From an uncultured bacterium (GTDB lineage: Bacteria > Patescibacteriota > Minisyncoccia > Phycocordibacterales > UBA2100): 64,000 nucleotides of DNA. Shown here in pieces: positions 38,523 through 47,884 of the stretch. The notes beneath the pieces were generated by a model. It was not told the origin of the DNA, did no database searches, and saw only the letters and a list, made by a program, of their open reading frames with translations. How positions within the stretch are numbered: the first letter of the stretch is position 1; each line of letters begins with the position of its first letter. The stretch lies in NCBI GenBank assembly GCA_903824595.1, contig CAIJXH010000004.1:40697-104696 (forward strand), given 5' to 3'. The translations under genes were made by a program, and so were the position numbers.

Positions 38523-39012
38523 ACGAGAACGATCGCACAAACTCATCGAGCGTGTCGAGTGTCACGTACAGTGTACCAGGCGGCAATGCTTCACTCACCC
38601 TCTCCGGCCATTCGATGAGAATGAGATTGCCCGGATCGGCGAGTAATTCTGCCCAACCGAGCTTTTTCAATTCATGCGCGCCTTCGAGGCGATACGCGTC
38701 GACGTGCACGAGACGATCAAAAGATTGCCCTGCCGCGCGAGATTCCGCGCCGAGGACATTGTTCGAGCGAAGCGAGTCCCGCAGGCGCGGAATCTCGCGC
38801 GGCAGGGCATAGACTTTTTGTATGACAAACGTGGGACTCACGACCACCTCTTCCACCCCGAGCGCTCGCGCCACATGCTGCGTGAAGGTGGTCTTCCCCG
38901 CACCCAAATCGCCCGAGAGCGCGACCACCGTCGCCCGCTCCCCGCGCGCAAGTCGCGCGAGCAATGCTTCTGCTTCGGAAGCAAGATCGTCGTGATGGAC
39001 TCGTTTCTGCAT
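38509..39012 (-). CDS. tsaE: tRNA threonylcarbamoyladenosine biosynthesis protein TsaE.
   Basis: VVALSGDLGAGKTTF...SPTFVIQKVY...HVDAYRLE...LIEW. Start at MQKRVHH; the track ORF extends further as an unlikely N-terminal tail. Confidence 0.75.
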   Translation of the reverse strand: MQKRVHHDDLASEAEALLARLARGERATVVALSGDLGAGKTTFTQHVARALGVEEVVVSPTFVIQKVYALPREIPRLRDSLRSNNVLGAESRAAGQSFDRLVHVDAYRLEGAHELKKLGWAELLADPGNLILIEWPERVSEALPPGTLYVTLDTLDEFVRSFSYEIN

Positions 39013-39045
39013 GCGAGCAGTGTAGCGCAAAAAAGAAGCGGGCGC

Positions 39046-39080
39046 CTTCGGCGCCCGCTTCTTTTTTATATCATTCAAAA
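39046..39080. terminator. Strong bidirectional intrinsic terminator between rpsG and tsaE.
   Basis: GAAGCGGGCGCC-ttcg-GCGCCCGCTTC with A-run upstream and TTTTTTAT downstream. Confidence 0.6.
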
Positions 39081-39082
39081 CA

Positions 39083-39544
39083 TTACCACGCGAAGTGGGC
39101 AAACGCTTTGTTGGCTTCTGCCATCCTATGAGTCGTTTCTTTCTTGGTGACAGCGGCGCCTTCACCCTTGTGAGCGGCTTTGATTTCGGCGAGGAGTGAT
39201 TCGTGCATCGGTTTGCCCTTGGTGCCTTCTGCAGCATCAACGATCCAACGCAAACCAAGCGCCAAACGACGCTCCGGACGTACTTCGCGAGGAACTTGGT
39301 AATTTGCACCACCCACGCGACGCGAACGAACCTCGACGGTTGGCGACGCCTTATCAAGCGCTTCTTCGAGAATCACGAGCGGATCACCTTCTTTTTTTAG
39401 CTCATCCATCACCTTGTATACAATTTTTGTGGCGGTATCTTTCTTGCCACGTTCCATCACGTAGTTGATGAGCTTGGACACCTTCACCGAGCCATACACA
39501 GCATCTGGCGAAGGCATATTACGATTTTTTACGGGGCGACGCAT
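39083..39544 (-). CDS. rpsG: 30S ribosomal protein S7.
   Basis: ...VEVRSRRVGGANYQVP...LRWIV... canonical S7 sequence. Confidence 0.9.
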   Translation of the reverse strand: MRRPVKNRNMPSPDAVYGSVKVSKLINYVMERGKKDTATKIVYKVMDELKKEGDPLVILEEALDKASPTVEVRSRRVGGANYQVPREVRPERRLALGLRWIVDAAEGTKGKPMHESLLAEIKAAHKGEGAAVTKKETTHRMAEANKAFAHFAW

Positions 39545-39565
39545 AGGATTTTAGATTGTTTTACA

Positions 39566-39979
39566 TTATTTCGCCGCCTTCGGTTTCTTCGCTCCATAGA
39601 GCGAACGACCACGACGACGTTTCTCTATACCGGCAGTATCGAGCTTGCCACGGACGATTGTATAGCGCAAGCCGATGTCTTTTACGCGGCCACCGCGCAC
39701 TAAAACGACGGAGTGCTCCTGCAAGTTGTGCCCCTCTCCCGGAATGTACGCCGTGATTTCCATACCGTTGGTGAGACGCACGCGGGCGATTTTACGAATG
39801 GCGGAGTTTGGCTTGCGGGGCGTCTTGGTGGTAACGCGCGTACACACACCGCGCTTGAAAGGCGCAGGATAGAACGACGGACGGTTTTTGAGCGTATTGA
39901 AACCGCGCGAAAGCGCGATGGTCTTGGTGCGCCACGTCTTCTGTGTGCGACCTTTGCGAGCAAGTTGATTGATAGTTGA
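39566..39979 (-). CDS. rpsL: 30S ribosomal protein S12.
   Basis: [58 protein letters not shown]. Start at MSTINQL. Confidence 0.9.
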   Translation of the reverse strand, partial: STINQLARKGRTQKTWRTKTIALSRGFNTLKNRPSFYPAPFKRGVCTRVTTKTPRKPNSAIRKIARVRLTNGMEITAYIPGEGHNLQEHSVVLVRGGRVKDIGLRYTIVRGKLDTAGIEKRRRGRSLYGAKKPKAAK

Positions 39980-40257
39980 CATGATTGACAATGAAAAATC
40001 CCCATGAGGGTACGCGGAGCATACTATCAATCCATATTTCACGCAAGCTTCTCGCCAGACGGATCCTAAAAAGCTAGTGCACGTCGGTTATGCACGTGCG
40101 CGCGTAGGGAGAGCAAAGCTTGTAGTGCTGTCCTGTACTTTCGTAACGATATGCACTCATGTCGGCTGGAGGCAGCGCAACATCGGACATTTGAATATCT
40201 GAAGCAACAATACTCCAATCTGCAGCAAGTTTAGATAATGTCGTCCCAAAAAATCGT

Positions 40258-40276
40258 CCGCAGGTTTAACCTGCGG
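40258..40276. repeat. REP-like palindrome copy 1 (CCGCAGGTTTAACCTGCGG).
   Basis: Exact 19-nt hairpin-forming repeat, 13 nt upstream of the HuH transposase start. Confidence 0.8.
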
Positions 40277-40289
40277 AATTGGTGTTAGA

Positions 40290-40985
40290 ATGGATAGCAT
40301 GTCTACCCGACCACCCATGGCGATTGGCGAATGGTACCACTGCTACACTCGCGGGGTCGACAAGCGAAAAGTATTTGAATCGCAGGAAGATTATGATCGT
40401 TTTCTGGTGCATCTTTACGTCGCCAATGGAACGCGAAATATTCGCGTATCCGATATGCGCGACACGCGACTTAAGAGGGTTTTGGAGGATGAATCGCTCG
40501 ATCGAGGTCATCCGATTGTTGAAATTGGAGCGTACTCGCTCATGCCAACCCATGTTCATTTTCTGTTGCGGGAAATCAGAGACGGCGGTATTGCGCTTTT
40601 CATGCAAAAGACCTTCACCGGGTATACGATGTATTTCAATAACAAGAACGAGCGCACTGGGGCGCTTTTTTCCGGCACGTTCAAATCGAAACACGTAAAC
40701 GAAGATCGGTATCTGAAACAAGTCATTCCCTACATACTCCTCAACCCCGTGGAATTGTTCTATCCCGACTGGAAGAACGGCATCGGCGATATTGATTCCG
40801 TGGAGAAAAAATTGCTCGCGTACCCCTACTCAAGTTTGCAAGAGTTTCAGAGTGTTAGCATCGAACGCCCGCATAAAAAAATCGTGAACGGCTCCTTTGA
40901 AATGTATTACGAGCAACTCCCCACACTCTCACAAATGCTCAGTGACGCGCAAGAGTATTATCGGGAACGCCGTCCGCAGGTTTAA
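40290..40985 (+). mobile_element. IS200/IS605-family HuH (Y1) transposase of the REP-associated (RAYT, TnpA_REP) type.
   Basis: EWYHCYTRG...YSLMPTHVHFLL (HuH motif) and C-terminal Tyr-containing helix. 231 aa. Flanked by identical REP palindromes; its stop codon TAA is the loop of REP copy 2. Confidence 0.75.
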
Positions 40986-40993
40986 CCTGCGGA
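40975..40993. repeat. REP-like palindrome copy 2.
   Basis: Exact repeat; encodes the transposase C-terminus RPQV* (stop lies in the hairpin loop). Confidence 0.8.
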
Positions 40994-41071
40994 AGCTGAA
41001 AACTCTCCATGTTTTACTATCTATCATAAAACTACGACCTGGAACTTTCGTTCCAGGTCGCCTCCAATCTC

Positions 41072-41674
41072 TCAATCAGAGAGAGGAGCTAGTTTCCTCA
41101 ACACATCGAGGTCGTCTTCAATATCCCATCCGTGTTCACGCAGCCCTTCCGCGATTCGGATGACCAACTCGTGATCCATCAATTCAGACAACCCCGAGAA
41201 CGACAGAATGATCCACTCGGATATTCGACCCTCACCATGACGCGCGCACACGGTAATTGCACCGGCATATTTTTCAGTCGCCCGATCCCGCGATTGACAG
41301 GATGCTCGATGTTGCTCATTGAAAAACCCTCCATATAGGCGCAGAGCTTTTTCCGTCGCAAATCGGATATATTTTTCCATTTTGCCCCGGTTTACTCCAT
41401 CAAAACAACATGCGAACAAGGGCTCTGGGGTAGTGATCGAACCTCGATTGCATGGCACTGGGGTCACATGGAATACCTGCAAACAACCACCCTTACCTTG
41501 TTCTGTCTCGTTTCCTGCGACCAATTTAACCAGAGCTTGCTCGGCAACGTCTCGTACAAGACGAGACCGTTCTTCAGTGAGGCGCATATCCATCTCCTCC
41601 AAATCACAAAATGCCCAACCTCCACAGCTGGAGATTTCTCCAGCAACAATATCGCATAACGGCACATGGGTCAA
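41072..41674 (-). CDS. Hypothetical protein located between REP copies 2 and 3.
   Basis: 200-aa ORF, no recognisable motif. Confidence 0.35.
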   Translation of the reverse strand: MTHVPLCDIVAGEISSCGGWAFCDLEEMDMRLTEERSRLVRDVAEQALVKLVAGNETEQGKGGCLQVFHVTPVPCNRGSITTPEPLFACCFDGVNRGKMEKYIRFATEKALRLYGGFFNEQHRASCQSRDRATEKYAGAITVCARHGEGRISEWIILSFSGLSELMDHELVIRIAEGLREHGWDIEDDLDVLRKLAPLSD

Positions 41675-41687
41675 AACTACGAATCCT

Positions 41688-41706
41688 TTTCCCGCAGGTT
41701 TAACCT
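41688..41706. repeat. REP-like palindrome copy 3.
   Basis: Exact repeat. Confidence 0.8.
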
Positions 41707-41721
41707 GCGGATTTTGTTCAA

Positions 41722-41841
41722 CTTACTACCACTCAATCTCCTTCTGCCCGTGCTCTTTCAGGTACGCATTCGCCTTTGAAAAGGGTTTGGATCCGAAGAA
41801 ACCGGAGTGGGCGGAAAAGGGCGACGGGTGCGGCGATTCGA
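41722..41841 (-). pseudogene. Diverged duplicate of the ung 3' end (fragment encoding ...[39 protein letters not shown]).
   Basis: ~65 nt almost identical (ggtttggatccgaagaaaccggagtgggcggaaaagggcgacgg(g/a)tgcggcgattcgatgacga) to 43362..43425 inside ung, then ~55 nt of diverged but alignable sequence including a stop codon. Confidence 0.65.
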
Positions 41842-41855
41842 TGACGAAAGGAGTG

Positions 41856-43196
41856 TCAGTAGATCGGGACACAATTCGAGTCAAATTGAGATAAGTCGAC
41901 AGTCTGATTATTCCAGATCTTCAAGTCACCAGATCTCGGAAGACAGCAGTTACGACGCATAGTATTCGATGGATTGCTCTCCACGCGTGCCCGCTCTCGA
42001 CAACTTACTTGCCACTGGATGGAACCGACAAAATGGGCTAAGCAGTAATGCTCACCAGCTTGCCAATCGGACCAGGTAGCGTTTGCAAGATTATTTTCTT
42101 TAAATATACAGAGTGTTGGATCATTATTCTGAGTTGCTTTAAATGTTCGATTGCGAGAGACACATCTTATATAGTACCTCTGTGCATTCTTCATATTCAC
42201 CTCCATATCCTCGTTATCCATGTTATCAGCATCAATAATCGATACCGCAGGGTTGTTTTGAGGTACATCCTGTACTTGATCCCACCCATCTTTCATTATT
42301 ATCGTCGCCGATGGGATAACTTCGAGACCCGTCACGCCAGGATAAAGCGCTTCACAATTTGACTGCCCCGATTGTGCAGCAGCCTGTGATTTTGAATCCT
42401 TACAATTGAGATTATATTGATTGTCTCGCAGCGTACAGTCTTTTAGATTTTGTTCATACTGCGGATCCGCCTGATCAAGACACTGGGTCAACTGCCTGCG
42501 CCCTTCCTGAACCACCACGCCCTCCGTATCTCCACCCGAAAGATAGCATAGTGATGGCAGATGTATCTTCGTAGCAATGGCAAATATGAGATCTCGTCCC
42601 CCCATTACAGGTGCGAAAGGCCCCACGATCACTACGATCATGAGTGCGGTCAGGACGGACGCGTATTGTGTGCGTCGTATCGGATACTGCGCGCCACGTA
42701 TCACTCTCGATACTAGTATCGAAAGACCCGCAAAAAGCGCTATCAGCAAGCAAGCGGCCATGTTTCTAAAAACAAATACTACTTCACCGGCAGCAGCCAT
42801 TGCTGCAATGAGAGGAAATGGAAGTCTAGTGCCGCTGCCAAGACGTACATCTACATCTGCGAGGAGGAGGAATAAACATGAAGACAATACCAGCACCAAT
42901 AGAGTTAAGAAAACTGAAACCAATCCCCCAACTGAATAAACAAGTGCATCCGATACCGGACGGGAAGTATCAGGAGATATAGAGCGTGCGACGAGGAATG
43001 GTCCGCAGAGCGCCAATATGACTAAACCAAGATAATAAACTTCCTCCCCTATTACCCGATATAAGACAAGGTGTGCGATTGTATACACTGGCAAGAAAAC
43101 AAAGATAAAAAAGAAAGTTAGCGCGCTGAAAAAAAGTATGTGTCTATATTTTTTTTTCATCAGCACAAATATAGCACGGGTGCATGCACGAGACAA
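41856..43196 (-). CDS. Polytopic membrane protein with Cys-rich C-terminal extracellular domain (hypothetical). Cargo gene between the ung 3' fragment and ung.
   Basis: 446-aa ORF, ~6 N-terminal TM helices, C-terminal domain with ~10 Cys. Confidence 0.45.
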   Translation of the reverse strand: MSRACTRAIFVLMKKKYRHILFFSALTFFFIFVFLPVYTIAHLVLYRVIGEEVYYLGLVILALCGPFLVARSISPDTSRPVSDALVYSVGGLVSVFLTLLVLVLSSCLFLLLADVDVRLGSGTRLPFPLIAAMAAAGEVVFVFRNMAACLLIALFAGLSILVSRVIRGAQYPIRRTQYASVLTALMIVVIVGPFAPVMGGRDLIFAIATKIHLPSLCYLSGGDTEGVVVQEGRRQLTQCLDQADPQYEQNLKDCTLRDNQYNLNCKDSKSQAAAQSGQSNCEALYPGVTGLEVIPSATIIMKDGWDQVQDVPQNNPAVSIIDADNMDNEDMEVNMKNAQRYYIRCVSRNRTFKATQNNDPTLCIFKENNLANATWSDWQAGEHYCLAHFVGSIQWQVSCRERARVESNPSNTMRRNCCLPRSGDLKIWNNQTVDLSQFDSNCVPIY

Positions 43197-43252
43197 ACAT
43201 GACTCCCCTGTCGCCGCGCGACGATGAATCCCGCTTTCGTCCGCAGGTCGTC

Positions 43253-43271
43253 CGCAGGTTTAACCTGCGGT
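43253..43271. repeat. REP-like palindrome copy 4 (preceded by a partial tandem half-copy gtccgcaggtc).
   Basis: Exact repeat, 30 nt downstream of the ung stop. Confidence 0.8.
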
Positions 43272-43300
43272 TTTTGATCCGATACTTGAATGTGCAAAAG

Positions 43301-43966
43301 CTACCACTCTATGGGCGCTTTCCCGTGTTTGCCGAGGTCGGTATTTGCTCTGGAGAACGGTTTGGATCCGAAGAAACCGGAGTGGGCGGAAAAGGGCGAC
43401 GGATGCGGCGATTCGATGACGAGATGGCGCGCGCGGTCGATGTGCGCGCCTTTGTGCCTCGCGTAGTTGCCCCAGAGGATGAAGACGATATGTTCGCGCT
43501 CTTCGGCAAGTTTTTGTATCGCCGCGTCGGTGAATTGTTCCCAGCCTTTGCCTTGGTGCGAGCAGGCTACGCCGGCTCGCACCGTGAGCGTCGCATTCAG
43601 AAGCAGCACACCCTGCTTCGCCCAGCGCGACAGATCGGTATCGCGACTCACCGGATGCCCGAGGTCGGATGCTAGTTCCTTGAATATATTTTGAAGCGAT
43701 GGTGGCGTCGCTACACCCGAACGCACCGCAAAACACAGCCCGTTCGCCTGTCCTTCTCCATGATACGGATCTTGCCCGAGAATCACCACTTTCACCTCAT
43801 CAAACGGACACTCATCAAATGCACGGAACACCTGCTTGGGCGGCGGAAACACTCGCGCACTCTTGTATTCCTCACGCACGAAACTCGCAAGTGATTGAAA
43901 GTACGACTGTTCGAACTCTGCCGCCAGTCTCTCTCTCCATCCTCCACTTATTTTTACTTCTACCAT
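43301..43966 (-). CDS. ung: Uracil-DNA glycosylase, family 1.
   Basis: GQDPYH (water-activating loop), [11 protein letters not shown] (Leu-intercalation/His motif). Start at [10 protein letters not shown]. Confidence 0.85.
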   Translation of the reverse strand: MVEVKISGGWRERLAAEFEQSYFQSLASFVREEYKSARVFPPPKQVFRAFDECPFDEVKVVILGQDPYHGEGQANGLCFAVRSGVATPPSLQNIFKELASDLGHPVSRDTDLSRWAKQGVLLLNATLTVRAGVACSHQGKGWEQFTDAAIQKLAEEREHIVFILWGNYARHKGAHIDRARHLVIESPHPSPFSAHSGFFGSKPFSRANTDLGKHGKAPIEW

Positions 43967-44031
43967 CGTATCATCGTACGACACTCGACAAATTTTGCCA
44001 TGCCAATACACCAATGCTACACTCCCCGTAT

Positions 44032-44622
44032 ATGAACACCACAGCACAAATGCTCGTGCCGATGGTCGTCGAGAAGACGTCTATGGGCGAACGGGCGTAC
44101 GATATTTATTCGCGTTTGCTCAAGGAGCGCATTGTCTTTCTCGGCGGCCCCATCGACAGCGACGTCGCCAACCTCGTCGTTGCACAGCTCTTATTCCTCG
44201 CCAGCGAAGACCCTAAGAAAGATATTTCGTTCTACATAAATTCCCCGGGCGGACACGTCTCGGCAGGACTTGCCATTCTCGACACTATGAATCACATCCA
44301 GCCCGCAGTTTCTACGGTATGCGTTGGCATTGCCGCTTCTATGGGTGCCGTGTTGCTTTCTGCGGGCGAAAAAGGTAAGCGATTTGTGTTGCCCAATGCC
44401 GAAGTGATGATCCACCAACCATCGGGCGGCGCGGAAGGACAGGCGACCGATATCGAAATAACCGCCAAGCACATCATCGCCACACGCGCCCGTCTCAACA
44501 AAATCCTTGCAAAAAACACATCCCAGAAACTCGACAAGATAGAACAAGACGTTGATCGCGACTTTTTCATGACTGCCGAAGAGGCAGTTACATACGGCAT
44601 TGTGGATAGCGTGCTCGTATAA
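44032..44622 (+). CDS. clpP: ATP-dependent Clp protease proteolytic subunit.
   Basis: [20 protein letters not shown], catalytic Ser in GIAASMGA, His in MIHQP. Confidence 0.9.
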   Translation: MNTTAQMLVPMVVEKTSMGERAYDIYSRLLKERIVFLGGPIDSDVANLVVAQLLFLASEDPKKDISFYINSPGGHVSAGLAILDTMNHIQPAVSTVCVGIAASMGAVLLSAGEKGKRFVLPNAEVMIHQPSGGAEGQATDIEITAKHIIATRARLNKILAKNTSQKLDKIEQDVDRDFFMTAEEAVTYGIVDSVLV

Positions 44623-44683
44623 AACCACCCTCAACGTGCTGATGTGATTTTGAAAATAGCTCTACATATGGTACATAGACAGG

Positions 44684-45151
44684 ATGGAATCTAAATCTAT
44701 CCTAAAAGAATTGCTCGAATCTGCCGGATTGCTTCATTCCGACATCCTTATAACAGAGCTCGCGGGACAAACGATACTCACTATCGAGACCGAAGATGCG
44801 CCCGCTATTATCGGCTCACACGGTGACGCGCTGCACGCTCTCGATCATCTCGTGCGCAAGATTGTCGAGAAACGCACCGTTTCTTCCGAACATGCACCTC
44901 ACGACACGCATCATCCACTCGTAGACGTTGACGGGTATCGCACCAAACAAATCAAAGATTTGCAAGCAAAAGCAATCATGATGGCAGAGCGCGCTCGCTC
45001 GTTCCAATACGACGTCGAGCTGACACCCATGAGTTCCTACGAGCGTCTCATCGTGCACACCACACTTGCCGATGCCCCACACGTAAAGACAGAATCCCAA
45101 GGAGAAGGTCGCGACCGACGAGTCGTCATCCGATATCGCGAGCACGCATAA
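44684..45151 (+). CDS. khpB: Jag/KhpB-type RNA-binding protein (KH + R3H domains).
   Basis: IIGSHGDALHALDHLV (KH-like) and C-terminal R3H motif LTPMSSYERLIVHTTL. Confidence 0.65.
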   Translation: MESKSILKELLESAGLLHSDILITELAGQTILTIETEDAPAIIGSHGDALHALDHLVRKIVEKRTVSSEHAPHDTHHPLVDVDGYRTKQIKDLQAKAIMMAERARSFQYDVELTPMSSYERLIVHTTLADAPHVKTESQGEGRDRRVVIRYREHA

Positions 45152-45169
45152 CCAAAACCGTTACGGCAT

Positions 45170-45604
45170 TCACGTGCGCGCAGGCAAGTACGTCTGCAGA
45201 TCGAGTATGTGCGGATTGATTTGATTGAGAATAATCCATACCGCAATAAGAAGGACGATGCCGAGCATCGTGTCTTTGATTATTTGCTTTGCTTTTTCTT
45301 TGTCTGTCCACAAATCACTTGCCATATATTCATATCCTGCCCACACAAGACGAATGACCGCCAACATGCCACCAATCGAGATCGAGGCGAAGAAGAATCT
45401 GTTTACAAACCCGCTCAAATCGCCCATAGCGCCTTGGTTGTATAGCGCATCAAGCTTGGTTCCTGAATAACATACCAGCGACACAAATCCATCGGTCCTC
45501 TGATTTTCACATGAATCACCGTACACGCCGTATGGTATGCCACACAAGAATGAGGCGACACCTGTCATACAGAAGATCACAAAGTAATTGAGTGTCTTTT
45601 TCAT
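45170..45604 (-). CDS. TrbC/VirB2-like pilin-type membrane protein (putative T4SS pilin). Start assigned to an internal Met.
   Basis: Signal/TM segment, conserved central region, C-terminal TM (MLGIVLLIAVWIILNQI). First gene of a minus-strand T4SS-like cluster. Assignment by architecture and context. Confidence 0.4.
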   Translation of the reverse strand: MKKTLNYFVIFCMTGVASFLCGIPYGVYGDSCENQRTDGFVSLVCYSGTKLDALYNQGAMGDLSGFVNRFFFASISIGGMLAVIRLVWAGYEYMASDLWTDKEKAKQIIKDTMLGIVLLIAVWIILNQINPHILDLQTYLPART

Positions 45605-45608
45605 TGTG

Positions 45609-46814
45609 TTATGCGTCAATGCGCAGCGACCACAGAGATTGATCGATTGCATTCTTGAAGATAAGATACTTTCCGCGCACGTCAATAGAAGGGTCTTGCA
45701 CATCCACGGGCGTATCGGGCACAAACAAAGTTTCCACGACTCCCGTACGAACGTCAATCTTCCACCACTGATCAGCAAGATGCACCTCACCACGATACCA
45801 CATATCGAGAAAACCATGATTCATAATAGGTGGTGCTGCACAAAATACGACAAATTGATCCGTCGGCGACCATACACATTTATCAGCTATTGTCTTGAGC
45901 GAGACGGGTGTCGTCGTACCATTCACGCGAACAAACAGGGTTGGCTGCTCATCAAAGGTGCTGTACACCATTGACGTGGAAGAGGCGCGCGGCAATACCG
46001 CAAGACCATTACCTCGCGCAAGCGGAACAAGAACATTGTTTTTTTGTACCTCATACGCGTATCCCGCAACACCATCAGCAGGATTTTGTGCGACGATGAT
46101 ACGCCCGTCGGCAAGCCACCGTACGTTCCACCCTACAATATTTGATGAAAATATCTGCATAGGCTTCGATCCGTCGACCCCAGAACGCACGCCCACTAGT
46201 TTGCCTTGTGACGGCAAGAGCGCGACAATTTCTTTTCCAGAAGCACTAAACGCGACAGACTGTACAGTTTTGGCAAGCGGTTTGACGATGAGGGGAGCTA
46301 TTTCAGCGCTCGTGATCTGAACCGTGCCCATACTCGCGCCATCAGCGTTGCGTTCAATTACTCGTCCATCAGAGCTGATAATCGCATCGTATACCGATGG
46401 GACGAGGGTGTTGGTAACACGGACGACCGTGTTCGTATCTAAAAACGCATCAAACACGTTGCCCGTTGCCCGTTCCACAAATCTCACCCGTGTTGAAGAT
46501 GTACCCATGGCGACAAAACCATCCCCTGCGACTGGCTCCGCCGCAATATGCCACGCGCGCGGGAGCGTCGAAGACGCAACAACGTGCGGCGACACATCGC
46601 GCACAGACTGGGCACCACTCGACGATGAGACGAGTTCTTTCGTTCTTTGAGTAGGTCCAAATGACACATCGCCGCCAAGCGCACTCCCCGTGTGGTCATT
46701 CTGAATCCCACGAATTTTTGATTGCAAGAATATATACCACCCGGCAAGCGCCACCACACTCAACACCGTCATGCTGATGAGAAATATTTTTGAGTATTTG
46801 ATGAGAGATTCCAT
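45609..46814 (-). CDS. Membrane-anchored hypothetical protein (N-terminal TM), T4SS-cluster member.
   Basis: 401-aa ORF, single N-terminal TM, beta-rich repeat-like body. Confidence 0.4.
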   Translation of the reverse strand: MESLIKYSKIFLISMTVLSVVALAGWYIFLQSKIRGIQNDHTGSALGGDVSFGPTQRTKELVSSSSGAQSVRDVSPHVVASSTLPRAWHIAAEPVAGDGFVAMGTSSTRVRFVERATGNVFDAFLDTNTVVRVTNTLVPSVYDAIISSDGRVIERNADGASMGTVQITSAEIAPLIVKPLAKTVQSVAFSASGKEIVALLPSQGKLVGVRSGVDGSKPMQIFSSNIVGWNVRWLADGRIIVAQNPADGVAGYAYEVQKNNVLVPLARGNGLAVLPRASSTSMVYSTFDEQPTLFVRVNGTTTPVSLKTIADKCVWSPTDQFVVFCAAPPIMNHGFLDMWYRGEVHLADQWWKIDVRTGVVETLFVPDTPVDVQDPSIDVRGKYLIFKNAIDQSLWSLRIDA

Positions 46815-46824
46815 ACGCTGAGTA

Positions 46825-47877
46825 TTATCGTGCTACGTTCGAAAATAAAATAGTTCCCGCGCCCGATGAATTGAGAAACATGTTGGCGGAAGACGTGAGA
46901 GATACACGCACTTGAGCTTCGTGAGTCTTTGCTCCCTCCGCGCCAATAGTCAGACGATTTGGCTGTGAGCGATTGAAAGGCACCTGCGCACCATTGAGCG
47001 TCCAATCGTACTGAAGCGATGCGTCTCTGGGATCAGATGCAAGATAATACGGGACCGCCACAAGCGACATTTCCACATCATGTGCATCTTCTTGCGCGCC
47101 AATGGCACGATAATAGGTAACGCCGAGCAACGGATCGTCCTGATATAAAACAATATATGGCTCTTTCGATGCAATACGCACCGATGATTCTGTGGCAAGC
47201 GTCCCATCTGTCGTGTGCGCCTCCACCGAAATAGTGTCCGATCCAAACAACACGGGACTTGGAATAATCGCTGATGATTTTCCCACACCAGATACCGACT
47301 GAAGCACCGACACCCCTTTGCGCCACGTAAATATAATGTCTTGTAGCGGCACGAGATGACCATCAGGACGCTTGAAACGCGGGATTGCTTCGAGATGAAG
47401 CATTGAACCAGCAGAAGGAAGCGCACGGCCGCGGAAAGCTTGCGGTACGTACGAGTCTGATTCCCACAATAAATCGAGTTCGGTGGGGCGAATCACCGTG
47501 CTCGCTCGCCCCACTCCATCGACTACTGCATCGACTGCTGTCTCCGATCCAAGGGGACCTGCGGTTACGTCGATTGCGCGCGAGGTGTTTGCGCTTTTTT
47601 TTCCATTGACAACCCATGTCACCGTTCCACTTCCAGCGCCATCAGTAACACTATCAACCGTGATATGAACACTATCACCGGGCCGCGGATATTTCGGCGA
47701 TACTGTCAAAGACACGTCGCCCCCGTCAATCGCTTGCGCATGTGCCAATACAGTCAACATCGCCCACATAAACACACCGTACATCATCATCTGTCGTCTT
47801 CGTGCCATGCGTCTAGTATATCGCGCCGCCAGCAATACCGAGTGATAGGTAAAGTCAAATAGGGTAACTGTGCCCAT
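46825..47877 (-). CDS. Secreted hypothetical protein, T4SS-cluster member.
   Basis: 350-aa ORF with hydrophobic N-terminus MMYGVFMWAMLTVLAHA. Confidence 0.4.
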   Translation of the reverse strand: MGTVTLFDFTYHSVLLAARYTRRMARRRQMMMYGVFMWAMLTVLAHAQAIDGGDVSLTVSPKYPRPGDSVHITVDSVTDGAGSGTVTWVVNGKKSANTSRAIDVTAGPLGSETAVDAVVDGVGRASTVIRPTELDLLWESDSYVPQAFRGRALPSAGSMLHLEAIPRFKRPDGHLVPLQDIIFTWRKGVSVLQSVSGVGKSSAIIPSPVLFGSDTISVEAHTTDGTLATESSVRIASKEPYIVLYQDDPLLGVTYYRAIGAQEDAHDVEMSLVAVPYYLASDPRDASLQYDWTLNGAQVPFNRSQPNRLTIGAEGAKTHEAQVRVSLTSSANMFLNSSGAGTILFSNVAR

Positions 47878-47884
47878 CTACACA

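Noticed and set aside
40258-43271. Possible CRISPR array: four identical palindromic 19-bp repeats.
   Set aside because: Repeat spacing is 0.7-1.5 kb with protein-coding intervening sequence, not 25-45-bp spacers. The repeats flank a HuH transposase and form REP-type hairpins. No cas1/cas genes are adjacent (the only Cas2-like gene, vapD, is 17 kb away and unlinked).
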